Shown here piece by piece: positions 28,452 through 37,266 of a DNA stretch of 61,237 nucleotides. Made by a program: the position numbers and the translations under genes. How positions within the stretch are numbered: the first letter of the stretch is position 1; every line of letters begins with the position of its first letter. The notes beneath the pieces were generated by a model. It searched no databases and was not told the origin of the DNA. It was given only the letters and a program-made list of their open reading frames with translations. The DNA is taken from contig JBBTUL010000001.1 in assembly GCA_038063755.1 (NCBI GenBank), positions 1-61,237 on the forward strand. Reading direction: 5' to 3'. Source of the DNA: Patescibacteria group bacterium. Its GTDB lineage: Bacteria > Patescibacteriota > Minisyncoccia > UBA6257 > 2-01-FULL-56-20.

Positions 28452-30692
28452 ATGGAAGCACTCGATACGCGCTACAACCAAAACGAAGAACCTGATATTT
28501 ACGATCTATGGGAAAAATCAGGAATCTTTACTCCGGAAACATCCAAGAAACGGGGAATAACCGATGCGGAAGCTCCGCCTTTTGTCGTGGTGCTACCCCC
28601 TCCAAATGTGACCGGAACCCTTCATATCGGACATGCATTTGAAGACACCGTCCAAGATATTTTCGTTCGCTACCATCGCATGCTCGGAGAGCCAACACTT
28701 TGGATTCCAGGTACCGATCATGCCGCAATAGCCACTCAAGCAAAAGTTGAGAAAATACTCAGCAAAGAAGAAGGGAAATCGAAATACGATCTCGGACGAG
28801 ATGAATTCTTAAAACGCGTAAACGCGTTTGCAAAAGAAAGTCACGACACCATTACGCGGCAAATCCGCCGCCTTGGAGCGTCGCTTGACTGGAGTCGTGA
28901 AGCTTACACGCTCGATGAAAAACGAAATCTTGCGGTCCGAACCGCCTTTAAGCGAATGTACGATCTCGGCCTTATTTATCGAGCTGATCGCATCGTAAAC
29001 TGGGACCCAAAAGGGCAGACAGTAATTTCGGATGACGAAGTGGTCTATGAAGAGCGCCCTGCAAAACTTTACACCTTCCGCTATTCCAAAGACTTCCCTA
29101 TCTCCATCTCAACCACTAGACCAGAGACGAAAGTCGGAGACACCGCGGTTGCGGTTCATCCCGAAGACCAACGATACAAGAAATTTGTTGGAAAAATATA
29201 CGAAGCGAATTTTTGCGGAGCTCAGATCAAGGTGAAGATCGTCGCCGACTCCTCTGTCGAAAAGGATTTCGGCACCGGAGCACTCGGCGTTACTCCCGCG
29301 CACAGCATGATCGACTGGGAAATAGCATCTCGACACGACCTTCCATTGGTGCAGGTGATAGATGAATATGGAAAAATGATGGTGGAAGATGTGCGCTTAA
29401 AAGGAAAGAAGACAATCGAAGCGAGAGAAGTAATCGTGGCATGGCTGAAAAACGAGGGCCTTCTCGAAAAGGAAGAGGACGTCACGCAAAATGTTTCGAC
29501 ATCAGAACGAACGGGAGCCGTAATAGAACCGCTTCCGAAACTTCAGTGGTTCATTGGCGTGAACAAAGAATTTGTCCTTGAGCACTCAAGCATCCACGGC
29601 ATTCCTTCGGGGTCAAAAACAACGCTCAAAGAAATCATGAGGAAGTCAGTCTCTGAAAAACAAATAAAGATTCTCCCAGAGAGATTTGAAAAGGTTTACT
29701 TCCATTGGATAGACAATCTTCGCGACTGGTGTATTTCGCGACAGCTTTGGTTCGGACATCGCATTCCCGTCTGGTACCGTTCGACTGACGCTCACGGCAA
29801 GCCGAACGGTATCCCGAGCGATAGTCGAGGGGTCGAAACTTATGTGAACGTCGAGCCACCGAAGGGCTCGGATTGGGAACAGGACTCCGACACGCTTGAT
29901 ACCTGGTTTTCTTCCGGCATGTGGACTTTTTCGACCCTGGGATGGCCCGAGAAAACAGAAGACCTTAAGCGGTACCACCCAAACGCGTTCATGTGTCCGG
30001 GGTACGAAATTATCTTCATGTGGGTCGCCCGTATGATTTTGATGAGCGGATGCCTTTTGGGGGAGATCCCTTTTCGTACCGTTCTCTTCCACGGCATCGT
30101 CCGCGACTCGCAAGGAAGAAAGTTCAGCAAATCCATCGGAAATGGTATTGACCCTTTGGAGCTCGCGAATACCTATGGTGCCGATGCGCTACGCATGGCG
30201 CTCGTGATCGGTGCTGCGCCGGGAAACGATGTAACATTTAGCGAAGATAGGGTTCGGGGATACAGGAACTTTTCGACAAAGATATGGAACCTCGCCAGAT
30301 TCCTGCGCATGAATTCGCGACCTGAGTTCTCGCACGGCAACCACAAATTCGACGAAGGCGACAGAGCGACGCTTCAGGAGTTCGAAGCCGTTAAGAAGGC
30401 GGTGACCAACCACATTGAGAACTTCGACCTGCACCTCGCCGCAGAAGGCCTATACCACTACGTCTGGCACACGTTCGCCGACAAGGTGGTCGAAGAGGCA
30501 AAGCCGCGCCTCCAGGGAGATGATTCTGAAAAAGCTCACAGAGCCTACCACCTTCTCGATCACATTCTTGTCGATTGCTTAAAGATGCTGCATCCATTCA
30601 TGCCATTTGTAACGGAAGCTGTATATCGAAAATCTCACCCGAATGATCTTTTGACAGAAGAACGCTGGCCATATATTCCCCACGTCGAGTAG
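28452..30692 (+). CDS. valS: Valyl-tRNA synthetase, short (no C-terminal coiled coil), with a 17-aa repeat-derived insert
   Basis: PPPNVTGTLHIGH; DWCISRQLWFGHRIP; DTWFSS; KFSKS. Confidence 0.96.
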   Translation: MEALDTRYNQNEEPDIYDLWEKSGIFTPETSKKRGITDAEAPPFVVVLPPPNVTGTLHIGHAFEDTVQDIFVRYHRMLGEPTLWIPGTDHAAIATQAKVEKILSKEEGKSKYDLGRDEFLKRVNAFAKESHDTITRQIRRLGASLDWSREAYTLDEKRNLAVRTAFKRMYDLGLIYRADRIVNWDPKGQTVISDDEVVYEERPAKLYTFRYSKDFPISISTTRPETKVGDTAVAVHPEDQRYKKFVGKIYEANFCGAQIKVKIVADSSVEKDFGTGALGVTPAHSMIDWEIASRHDLPLVQVIDEYGKMMVEDVRLKGKKTIEAREVIVAWLKNEGLLEKEEDVTQNVSTSERTGAVIEPLPKLQWFIGVNKEFVLEHSSIHGIPSGSKTTLKEIMRKSVSEKQIKILPERFEKVYFHWIDNLRDWCISRQLWFGHRIPVWYRSTDAHGKPNGIPSDSRGVETYVNVEPPKGSDWEQDSDTLDTWFSSGMWTFSTLGWPEKTEDLKRYHPNAFMCPGYEIIFMWVARMILMSGCLLGEIPFRTVLFHGIVRDSQGRKFSKSIGNGIDPLELANTYGADALRMALVIGAAPGNDVTFSEDRVRGYRNFSTKIWNLARFLRMNSRPEFSHGNHKFDEGDRATLQEFEAVKKAVTNHIENFDLHLAAEGLYHYVWHTFADKVVEEAKPRLQGDDSEKAHRAYHLLDHILVDCLKMLHPFMPFVTEAVYRKSHPNDLLTEERWPYIPHVE

Positions 30693-30718
30693 GCGAACCC
30701 CTCTGTTATAATGCAGGT

Positions 30719-31396
30719 ATGCTGCCGCTTGGAATCTTTCTGGGGCTTTTGCCTGGTTTTGCTTGGTTGGTTTTTTACTTAAGCGAAGATCGGCATCCAG
30801 AACCGCGCAAGGCGATCGCCCTTACTTTTATAAACGGGGCTGGATTCGCCTTTTTCGCGCTCGCCGCGCAGGTCATTCTCGATCAGATTTTCAAATCGCA
30901 GAACATCGAACACTTCGGACTCGTTGCAATTCTGGTTTTTGCATTTATCGAAGAGGTGCTCAAGTTCTTAGCGGCATACGCGGCGATACACAAAAATCCG
31001 GCATTTGACGAACCGATTGATGCGATGATTTATTCGGTTGTCGCCGCTCTTGGATTCGCAACAGTAGAAAATATTGGCATTGTAGCCGGAAGCAACGCTG
31101 GAGCATCTCCGTTTCTCGCAGGCATCCTCTATGTCATTACATTCCGCTTTGTTGGGGCAACGCTTCTGCATACCCTCACCTCGAGCATCATCGGGTATCA
31201 GTGGGCAAAAGGTATCCGAGTCTTTCGCCAAAAACCCTATGTTTTTTGGGGAATAATTCTCGCGACCGTGATTCATGCAGTTTTCAACCTCATCATCCTA
31301 AACTTCGGCGAAACAGGGTTTCCCGTCATTTTCTTGGTTATTGTGGCAATATTCGTCCTCCGCGACTTTGAGCGACTCAAACAACGCTTCGTTTAA
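30719..31396 (+). CDS. PrsW-family intramembrane metalloprotease
   Basis: IEEVLK; LGFATVEN; LLH and IHAVFN motifs. Confidence 0.92.
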   Translation: MLPLGIFLGLLPGFAWLVFYLSEDRHPEPRKAIALTFINGAGFAFFALAAQVILDQIFKSQNIEHFGLVAILVFAFIEEVLKFLAAYAAIHKNPAFDEPIDAMIYSVVAALGFATVENIGIVAGSNAGASPFLAGILYVITFRFVGATLLHTLTSSIIGYQWAKGIRVFRQKPYVFWGIILATVIHAVFNLIILNFGETGFPVIFLVIVAIFVLRDFERLKQRFV

Positions 31397-31468
31397 GTAC
31401 TTCTCTCTTTTTTTGCCAATATGATATGATAGAAGGTATAAAAATCGTCGCAGAGCCACACCATCAAC

Positions 31469-31966
31469 ATGACAAACGATCAAGAAAAATTTTTTGAAGA
31501 CCTTGCCTCCGGCACTCCCCCAGAAGCGCCTAAATACGAATTCGAACTTGCACGAGCGCGATCGAATGTTGTAGATCGAGCAGTTGCGCCTCCAAAAAAA
31601 GTTCCGGTGCGCGAAGAAATTGTGCGAAGCGAAACGGAGGGATGGCTTACCATCGACGTATACCAAAATTCACAAGAAATCGTGGTTGAGTCTGCTATTG
31701 CAGGAGTTCGTCCGGAAGATATTGACATCACCGTCACACCCGACTCTGTTTCAATTAAAGGAGATCGACAGCACGAGCAGGAGGTAAAAGGCGACGACTA
31801 TCTTTATCAGGAGTGTTATTGGGGAAGGTTTTCTCGTTCCATTATTCTCCCCCAGGAAATTGACCCGGATAATGCAACCGTGACCTTCAGAAACGGAATC
31901 CTCACCGTCCGTCTCCCCAAGCTCACCCTTCAAAAGACGAGGAGGCTTACGGTAAAAAGCGAATAA
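31469..31966 (+). CDS. Hsp20/alpha-crystallin small heat-shock protein
   Basis: IDVYQ; AGVRPEDIDI; ECYWGRFSRSI.LP; NGILTVRLPK. Confidence 0.93.
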   Translation: MTNDQEKFFEDLASGTPPEAPKYEFELARARSNVVDRAVAPPKKVPVREEIVRSETEGWLTIDVYQNSQEIVVESAIAGVRPEDIDITVTPDSVSIKGDRQHEQEVKGDDYLYQECYWGRFSRSIILPQEIDPDNATVTFRNGILTVRLPKLTLQKTRRLTVKSE

Positions 31967-31995
31967 AACGGTTCATCAATATACGACAGATGCGC

Positions 31996-32024
31996 TTGAC
32001 CCAGGCGCTTCTGTCGTATATAGT
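31996..32024 (+). promoter_or_regulatory. Sigma70-type promoter directly before rpmB
   Basis: TTGACC-17 nt-TATAGT, 7 nt before ATG 32032. Confidence 0.7.
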
Positions 32025-32031
32025 AACACCC

Positions 32032-32229
32032 ATGCGACAATGCGAAGTATGTCAAAAAGGGTCCGTCATTCGCGGCAAACGCCGTCTTTTGCGCGGCCAC
32101 TATAACCCGCTTGAAACTGCTCGCAGATATCCAAACTTGCAATGGGCAAAAGTTGACGGAGGACGCAAAAAGATTTGCGTCCAGTGCATGAGAACAACCA
32201 CGAAGAAAGGCGCCGCTAAAAAAGCGTAA
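32032..32229 (+). CDS. rpmB: 50S ribosomal protein L28 (Zn-binding form)
   Basis: CEVCQK...RRYPNLQ...ICVQCMR. Confidence 0.9.
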   Translation: MRQCEVCQKGSVIRGKRRLLRGHYNPLETARRYPNLQWAKVDGGRKKICVQCMRTTTKKGAAKKA

Positions 32230-32283
32230 CGCGAGGCCGAGTTGGTCGTTTTCGTCTTTTCGTAAAATTGCAAAAAAGCACCC

Positions 32284-32829
32284 ATGACAGACACTGGCCC
32301 AGAAAAAAGTATTGGATCATCGGAAGGAAAGGAAGAAGCGGCCGAGATACCTGAGCTCGACAAATACGCCGCCCTCATCACGGCGGACGATGTTTTGTGG
32401 GAAATGACCAAATCCGCAAAGAGTGGGTGGAGTAATATTTCGAAAGAACAGCAGAAGGAACTATTGAGCCACTTTGAAGCCATTATTGACAGTAGCCACC
32501 ACTATTATTCTGTTTACCAACAACTAAACAAGATGGTTTCTTCTCCGCACGATAAGTACTCAGAAGGAACCGCCGACGGAAAGAAGGAGTTAATCGGACG
32601 GTTAGACTCCGGTCGCCGTGCGGCACATAATGCCGTTATAGATTCGCTTAATATTATGTCGAGACGAATGAAGGAATTTGGTCTCAACAACTCTTGGCGA
32701 GGCGATGACCGTATTTATACTCCCGATAGCTCAAGCGATGGATCGGGAGAGGGAACGAGGAAAAAGATTGCGCAGTGGGTTTTCCACCTACACGATATTG
32801 AGGTTGGGTTGGAAAGAGAAGCGGAGTAA
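32284..32829 (+). CDS. Hypothetical protein, possibly DUF3232-like
   Basis: RRAAHNAVIDSLNIMSR motif recalled from that family; not searched. Confidence 0.7.
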   Translation: MTDTGPEKSIGSSEGKEEAAEIPELDKYAALITADDVLWEMTKSAKSGWSNISKEQQKELLSHFEAIIDSSHHYYSVYQQLNKMVSSPHDKYSEGTADGKKELIGRLDSGRRAAHNAVIDSLNIMSRRMKEFGLNNSWRGDDRIYTPDSSSDGSGEGTRKKIAQWVFHLHDIEVGLEREAE

Positions 32830-32835
32830 GCATCT

Positions 32836-32909
32836 CGGGCCGTAGTATACCGGTAGTACGAGCGCATGGGGTGCGTTTAGACCGGGTTCGATTCCCGGCG
32901 GCCCGACCA
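32836..32909 (+). tRNA. tRNA-Pro(GGG)
   Basis: CGGGCCG/CGGCCCG acceptor, AGCGC-atGGGgt-GCGTT arm, GGTTCGATTCC, encoded CCA. Confidence 0.95.
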
Positions 32910-32950
32910 TATATCACAAGACCACCCACGCGGTGGTTTTGTGATATATA
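32910..32950 (+). terminator. Long hairpin immediately after tRNA-Pro
   Basis: TATATCACAAGACCACC / GGTGGTTTTGTGATATA, 17-bp stem with one G-U. Confidence 0.7.
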
Positions 32951-33392
32951 TCTCGCTGGGAATCGAACAAGCGGAAGGGGTCGGGGAACCGCGACCGGTT
33001 CCCCGTGTCGGAGGTTATTCGGAACCGAGGGTTTCGAAAAGCGATTCTGAGTTTTCCGAAGAATCGCGGGTGAGATAGCGAAGCGTCCCGGCGGCCCGAC
33101 ATTAGAAGTTGGATTATCGAGCAAAGCGAGATTAACAACTCTTATGTCCCGACTCCGGTCGGGACTAGAGAAAGTCTTCGAGCAAAGCGAGTTAGAGTTT
33201 CTTGTGTCCCGTCTGAGCGAAGCGACAGCGGGACAGTAGAATCTTCGAGCGAAGCGTCCCGGCGGCCCGACATTAGACTGTGTTGAGCGGAGCGCTTACA
33301 GAATCTTATGCCCCGTCGGCAGGCGGGGCGGTAGCGATCTTAGTGAGCAAAGCGAGCTTTAGAATTTCTTATGCCCCGACAGACGTCGGGGC
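32951..33392. repeat. Cluster of tRNA-derived and REP-like palindromic repeats
   Basis: 30-bp exact direct repeat (33077-33106, 33248-33277), six GAGC(A/G)(A/G)AGCG motifs, four TCTT(A/G)TG(T/C)CCC-hairpin units. Confidence 0.85.
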
Positions 33393-33700
33393 TTTCAAGA
33401 GTCCTCTATCTCCACAATAGCCCATAGGGCGAAGGCGGGACGGCTCCAGTTTTCTAAACCAGAGAAAGAATAAAAAGAAACAAAAAACCCGACGCTGGGT
33501 CGGGGTCTTTGTCCTCTCGTCTGAGATGATCCCGGCCAAGTGCCAGGTGGGTGGGCTCGTCTTCTGCCCCAAGGGGCGGAAGAAATTTGCCCTCCCTGAT
33601 CAGATTATTTGATCCGGAATCTCAAGAACGAGATTACCTAAAGTATACCATGTGCAAGAAAAAATGAGGATAAAATCAAAAAACAAGATATAATGAATAC

Positions 33701-35026
33701 ATGAAAAGAAGATGGCGCGATACCCTATTCTATGTGCTTTTGACCTGTTTTTTCCTCCTTGGAGGAGTCGCTGTCTTATACGCGCAAGGGTGGCGATTTG
33801 ACACGTCCTTGCTCTCATTCGGAAAGGTAGGGGCAATATACTTGAGAACCTTTCCAGAGGAAACCATTGTCAAAATCGACGGGAAAGAACTTGATAAGAA
33901 ACCTGGGATTTTCGACAGAGGAGTTTTCGTAAATGGCCTCTTTCCCCGATCTTACACGATAGAAACATCGGCTCCTGGGTTTCGTACGTGGAAAACAGAT
34001 GTCGAAGTTCTACCATCTCTTGTCGAACAGTTGAAGCATATTGTGCTCGTGCCCAACCAAGGCAGCATCGTTCTTTCGGGACCAGTCGAGGGCTTATTCG
34101 GGAAAAATGAAGTCCTCATAACCCGCGACCTATCTCGCACGCTTTTCTTCAAAAACAGAAAGCTCTCAGGATCAACTGTTCTTGGAATTTCGAATGTCGG
34201 AGACGCGGTTCTCACGCATACCCCAGAACAAGCTACTTATTACTGGAATGATGTCGAAACCGGAACGACATCGAATCTTTCGGTGCTTTTCCGAGATGCC
34301 CGTAATGGCTTCCGAATCCCAGCGAACCACTCAATTCTTATGAGCGAGCGCGAGGACGGAACGGTGCTTGTATCAAACACCGCCTCGCTCTATCTCTTCA
34401 CTATGAGGTCAAACGAAGTTAGGCCGATCGTGACTCGATCGACGAACCCTATTACCGCATTCGCAATCTCTCCTCGCTGGATCTCTTGGTCAACTTATAA
34501 CGCACAAAAAAATATATCGATAGTGGAAAGCTACGATCGCGTCGCACAGCAAAACACCGAAGATCCCGTCACTCTTATTGGAAAGACCGTTTCTCTCGCA
34601 ATAAGCGGCAAAGAAACTCTCGGCGTACTCCAGCACACCGGAGAGCTCTTTCTCGGAGTTCCTCGAGACCCTCTTCGAAATATCGCGAGCGATGTTCGCT
34701 CGTTTCTTTTTACAGATGACGGAACGAAGATTGTCGCCCGAGAGTCTCAGGCAGTCGAAATTTTCTCTCTTATCGAAGACGAGGTTATGTACGCAAGACT
34801 CAACCTTCCAGCGGGAACAGACGAGGAAAAACTCATCTGGTATCATGACAACCATCACTTATTCCTCACGTACAACGATCGCGCGCTGTTCCTCGATGAA
34901 ATAGATAAAAAACTTTCGAGCGTTATTGAAATCGCCCGAGGAAAAGATTTTTTTTACAATCCAGAAGAAAACATCCTTTACTACATAGCGGATGGAGCTG
35001 TCATCGGGATGGAATTTCCTCGCTAG
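33701..35026 (+). CDS. Membrane-anchored PEGA-domain protein with a beta-propeller-like C-terminal region
   Basis: TM; GAIYLRTFPE..IVKIDG...YTIETSAPGFRTW. Confidence 0.8.
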   Translation: MKRRWRDTLFYVLLTCFFLLGGVAVLYAQGWRFDTSLLSFGKVGAIYLRTFPEETIVKIDGKELDKKPGIFDRGVFVNGLFPRSYTIETSAPGFRTWKTDVEVLPSLVEQLKHIVLVPNQGSIVLSGPVEGLFGKNEVLITRDLSRTLFFKNRKLSGSTVLGISNVGDAVLTHTPEQATYYWNDVETGTTSNLSVLFRDARNGFRIPANHSILMSEREDGTVLVSNTASLYLFTMRSNEVRPIVTRSTNPITAFAISPRWISWSTYNAQKNISIVESYDRVAQQNTEDPVTLIGKTVSLAISGKETLGVLQHTGELFLGVPRDPLRNIASDVRSFLFTDDGTKIVARESQAVEIFSLIEDEVMYARLNLPAGTDEEKLIWYHDNHHLFLTYNDRALFLDEIDKKLSSVIEIARGKDFFYNPEENILYYIADGAVIGMEFPR

Positions 35027-35044
35027 AAACTTCGGCCGAAGAAC

Positions 35045-36184
35045 CTACAAATCCCTCTCCTTCGGTCCAAGTCGGTTTATTATCTGATTAAGCTCTTCTT
35101 TCGAGTAGAAGCTGATGAGGATTTTTCCGGTACTCCCGTTCTGTTGAATTTTAACCGGAGCGCCAAGCTCTGAGCTTAATTGCTCCTGAAAGATTTGAAG
35201 TTCTGGGGAAAGACTTGCTTCGTTAAATACGCGGTGGCGGACTCTTGGCGTAACTGCTTCAACTCGCGATTTTAGCTCACGGGTCGTCATCCCCCTCGCA
35301 ATGAGGTCTCTGAAAAGCCTCTCCTGTTCGGCAGGGCTCTCAACGCCCAAAAGAAGCCTTCCGTGGCTCTCGGTCACCTCACTTCGCTCAATTGCCTCTT
35401 GAATAGTCGTCGGGAGGTCAAGAAGACGAAGGGTGTTTGCAACTGACTCTCTGCTTTTTCCGAGACGTACGGCGATTTCTCGCTGAGTCATGCGGAACTC
35501 ATCCTGTAAGCGGGAAAAGGCGCGGGCCATTTCGATTGCGTTTAGATCCTCGCGCTGCAAGTTCTCGATAACCGCGAGCTCAAGACGCTCACGCTCAAGG
35601 TCTACGCTTCGCACGATCGCCGGCACGCGCTCAAGTCCGGCAAGTTTTGCCGCCATGAGTCGTCGCTCTCCCGCAATAAGTTCGTACTCGACCTCGGTCC
35701 CTGTTGGAATTTCGTGTTCTTTTTTTGTAACAACGAGTGGTTGTAAAATACCGAACTCGCGGATGGATGACGAAAGATCGTGTAGCGCATCTTCGTCAAA
35801 TGACTTTCTGGGCTGTTGCGGATTTGGCTTTATCTTCTCAACTTCAAGATAAAAGATCGCCTCTCCGACTCCTCGTTGTGTTTTCGGGGGTTGATGTCTC
35901 GATGTCGATCGCGGGGAAAGCCAATTTACCTTTTCCTCCTTTTTCTCTGGAAGCGAGAGTTCGGTGTGTTCACCGGGGTGAGCCGCCTCGTGGGATTCAA
36001 GTTCAAAAAGAACAAAAGGTTCCTGTGGAGCATTGGCGTAGTTGTCATCCGCGGCATGAGGCACTAAAGACGCGGAGTTGCGGTAAGCTTGGCTCTGGTC
36101 TGAAGTTGGTACCGGAGGTCTCCCATCTCCTCCTTGAGATCCTTTATTTGGCGGTATAAGCGCTTCTAGTCCTTTTCCGAGCAT
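35045..36184 (-). CDS. parB: ParB/Spo0J partition protein with a long N-terminal extension
   Basis: PNPQQPRK.F; GILQPL; LIAGERRL.A; ENLQREDL; HTH GKSRESVANTLRLL. Confidence 0.95.
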   Translation of the reverse strand: MLGKGLEALIPPNKGSQGGDGRPPVPTSDQSQAYRNSASLVPHAADDNYANAPQEPFVLFELESHEAAHPGEHTELSLPEKKEEKVNWLSPRSTSRHQPPKTQRGVGEAIFYLEVEKIKPNPQQPRKSFDEDALHDLSSSIREFGILQPLVVTKKEHEIPTGTEVEYELIAGERRLMAAKLAGLERVPAIVRSVDLERERLELAVIENLQREDLNAIEMARAFSRLQDEFRMTQREIAVRLGKSRESVANTLRLLDLPTTIQEAIERSEVTESHGRLLLGVESPAEQERLFRDLIARGMTTRELKSRVEAVTPRVRHRVFNEASLSPELQIFQEQLSSELGAPVKIQQNGSTGKILISFYSKEELNQIINRLGPKERDL

Positions 36185-36197
36185 CGTATGTCAAGAT

Positions 36198-37025
36198 TTA
36201 TATTTTGATATTGAAATTACCGAAATCGGTTGAAAGAAACACCGGCTCTCCGGCGACAAACGGTTTCTCTTGTTGGATAACTTCGTGGGCAAGTTTCTTG
36301 TACGCAAGCGCTCCTGACGAGTCGGGTCGATAAAGCAAGATGGGCTGTCCGAAGCTTGGCGCTTCGGCAAGCGAAACATTTCTTGGAATTGTTACCTCAA
36401 AAACGTTATGTGGAAAATGAGCACGAACATTCTTCTCGACATCGCGGCTCAACCTCTCTCGATGATCAAACATCGTGATAACCGCCCCTGCAATACCGAG
36501 CGGATGCGCGAAATTTGCACGGAAAAGCGAGATTGTCTCAAGAAGCTGTCCCAAGCCCTCAAGGCTATAATACTCCGCCTGCACCGGAATAATTATCTCA
36601 TCTGCCGCGGCAAGCGCGTTCACCGTAAGAAGGTTCAGGCTCGGTGAAAGATCGATAATTATGTAGTCGTATTCGTGTCGTACACGATGGAGGAACTTGC
36701 GCAAGAAATATTCTCGATTTTCAAGATTTACCAACTCAACAAGCGCTCCGGCAAGATGCGGTGCTGCGGGAATGAGGTGGAGATTATAAATAAGAGATGG
36801 ACGGATAAGATCATTCGGATGCTCGTCTTCAAGGATGCCATGATAAATGCTTCGCTCTATTTTTGAAGGATTCGTACCGAGGGCGGAACTTGCGTTTGCC
36901 TGGGGGTCGAAATCCACAAGCAAAACCCTCCTCCCCCGAAGTGCGAGCGCCGCACCGAGATTAACGGCCGTTGTGGTCTTACCCACTCCCCCCTTTGCGT
37001 TGCAAATTGCAATTACGCGAGCCAT
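36198..37025 (-). CDS. parA: ParA/Soj ATPase
   Basis: KGGVGKTTT; DFDPQAN; EAPSFG. Confidence 0.95.
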   Translation of the reverse strand: MARVIAICNAKGGVGKTTTAVNLGAALALRGRRVLLVDFDPQANASSALGTNPSKIERSIYHGILEDEHPNDLIRPSLIYNLHLIPAAPHLAGALVELVNLENREYFLRKFLHRVRHEYDYIIIDLSPSLNLLTVNALAAADEIIIPVQAEYYSLEGLGQLLETISLFRANFAHPLGIAGAVITMFDHRERLSRDVEKNVRAHFPHNVFEVTIPRNVSLAEAPSFGQPILLYRPDSSGALAYKKLAHEVIQQEKPFVAGEPVFLSTDFGNFNIKI

Positions 37026-37180
37026 TGCCATCATTGTATAATTTTTGACCCGAAGTGGCAAAAATTATCGTAGTGATGAGCATCCCGTCGGAGTGGTAGC
37101 GCAGGCGGGATAAAATTTGATTTTCGTATCAAAATCTAGGATAATACCCGAATCTGGTCGAGTGGCAGGACAACCCTTTT

Positions 37181-37266
37181 GCCGCGGTGGCGGAATGGCA
37201 GACGCAAAGGACTCAAAATCCTTCGAGGGAAACCTCATGAGAGTTCGACTCTCTCCCGCGGCACCA
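37181..37266 (+). tRNA. tRNA-Leu(CAA)
   Basis: GCCGCGG/CCGCGGC acceptor, AAGGA-ctCAAaa-TCCTT, long variable arm, encoded CCA. Confidence 0.96.

Noticed and set aside
33101-33392. CRISPR array
   Set aside because: The repeats are short and degenerate, spacing is irregular (60, 104, 63 nt), and there are no cas genes.
35045-37180. parS site or oriC near parAB
   Set aside because: No convincing TGTTTCACGTGAAACA palindrome or DnaA-box cluster seen by eye.
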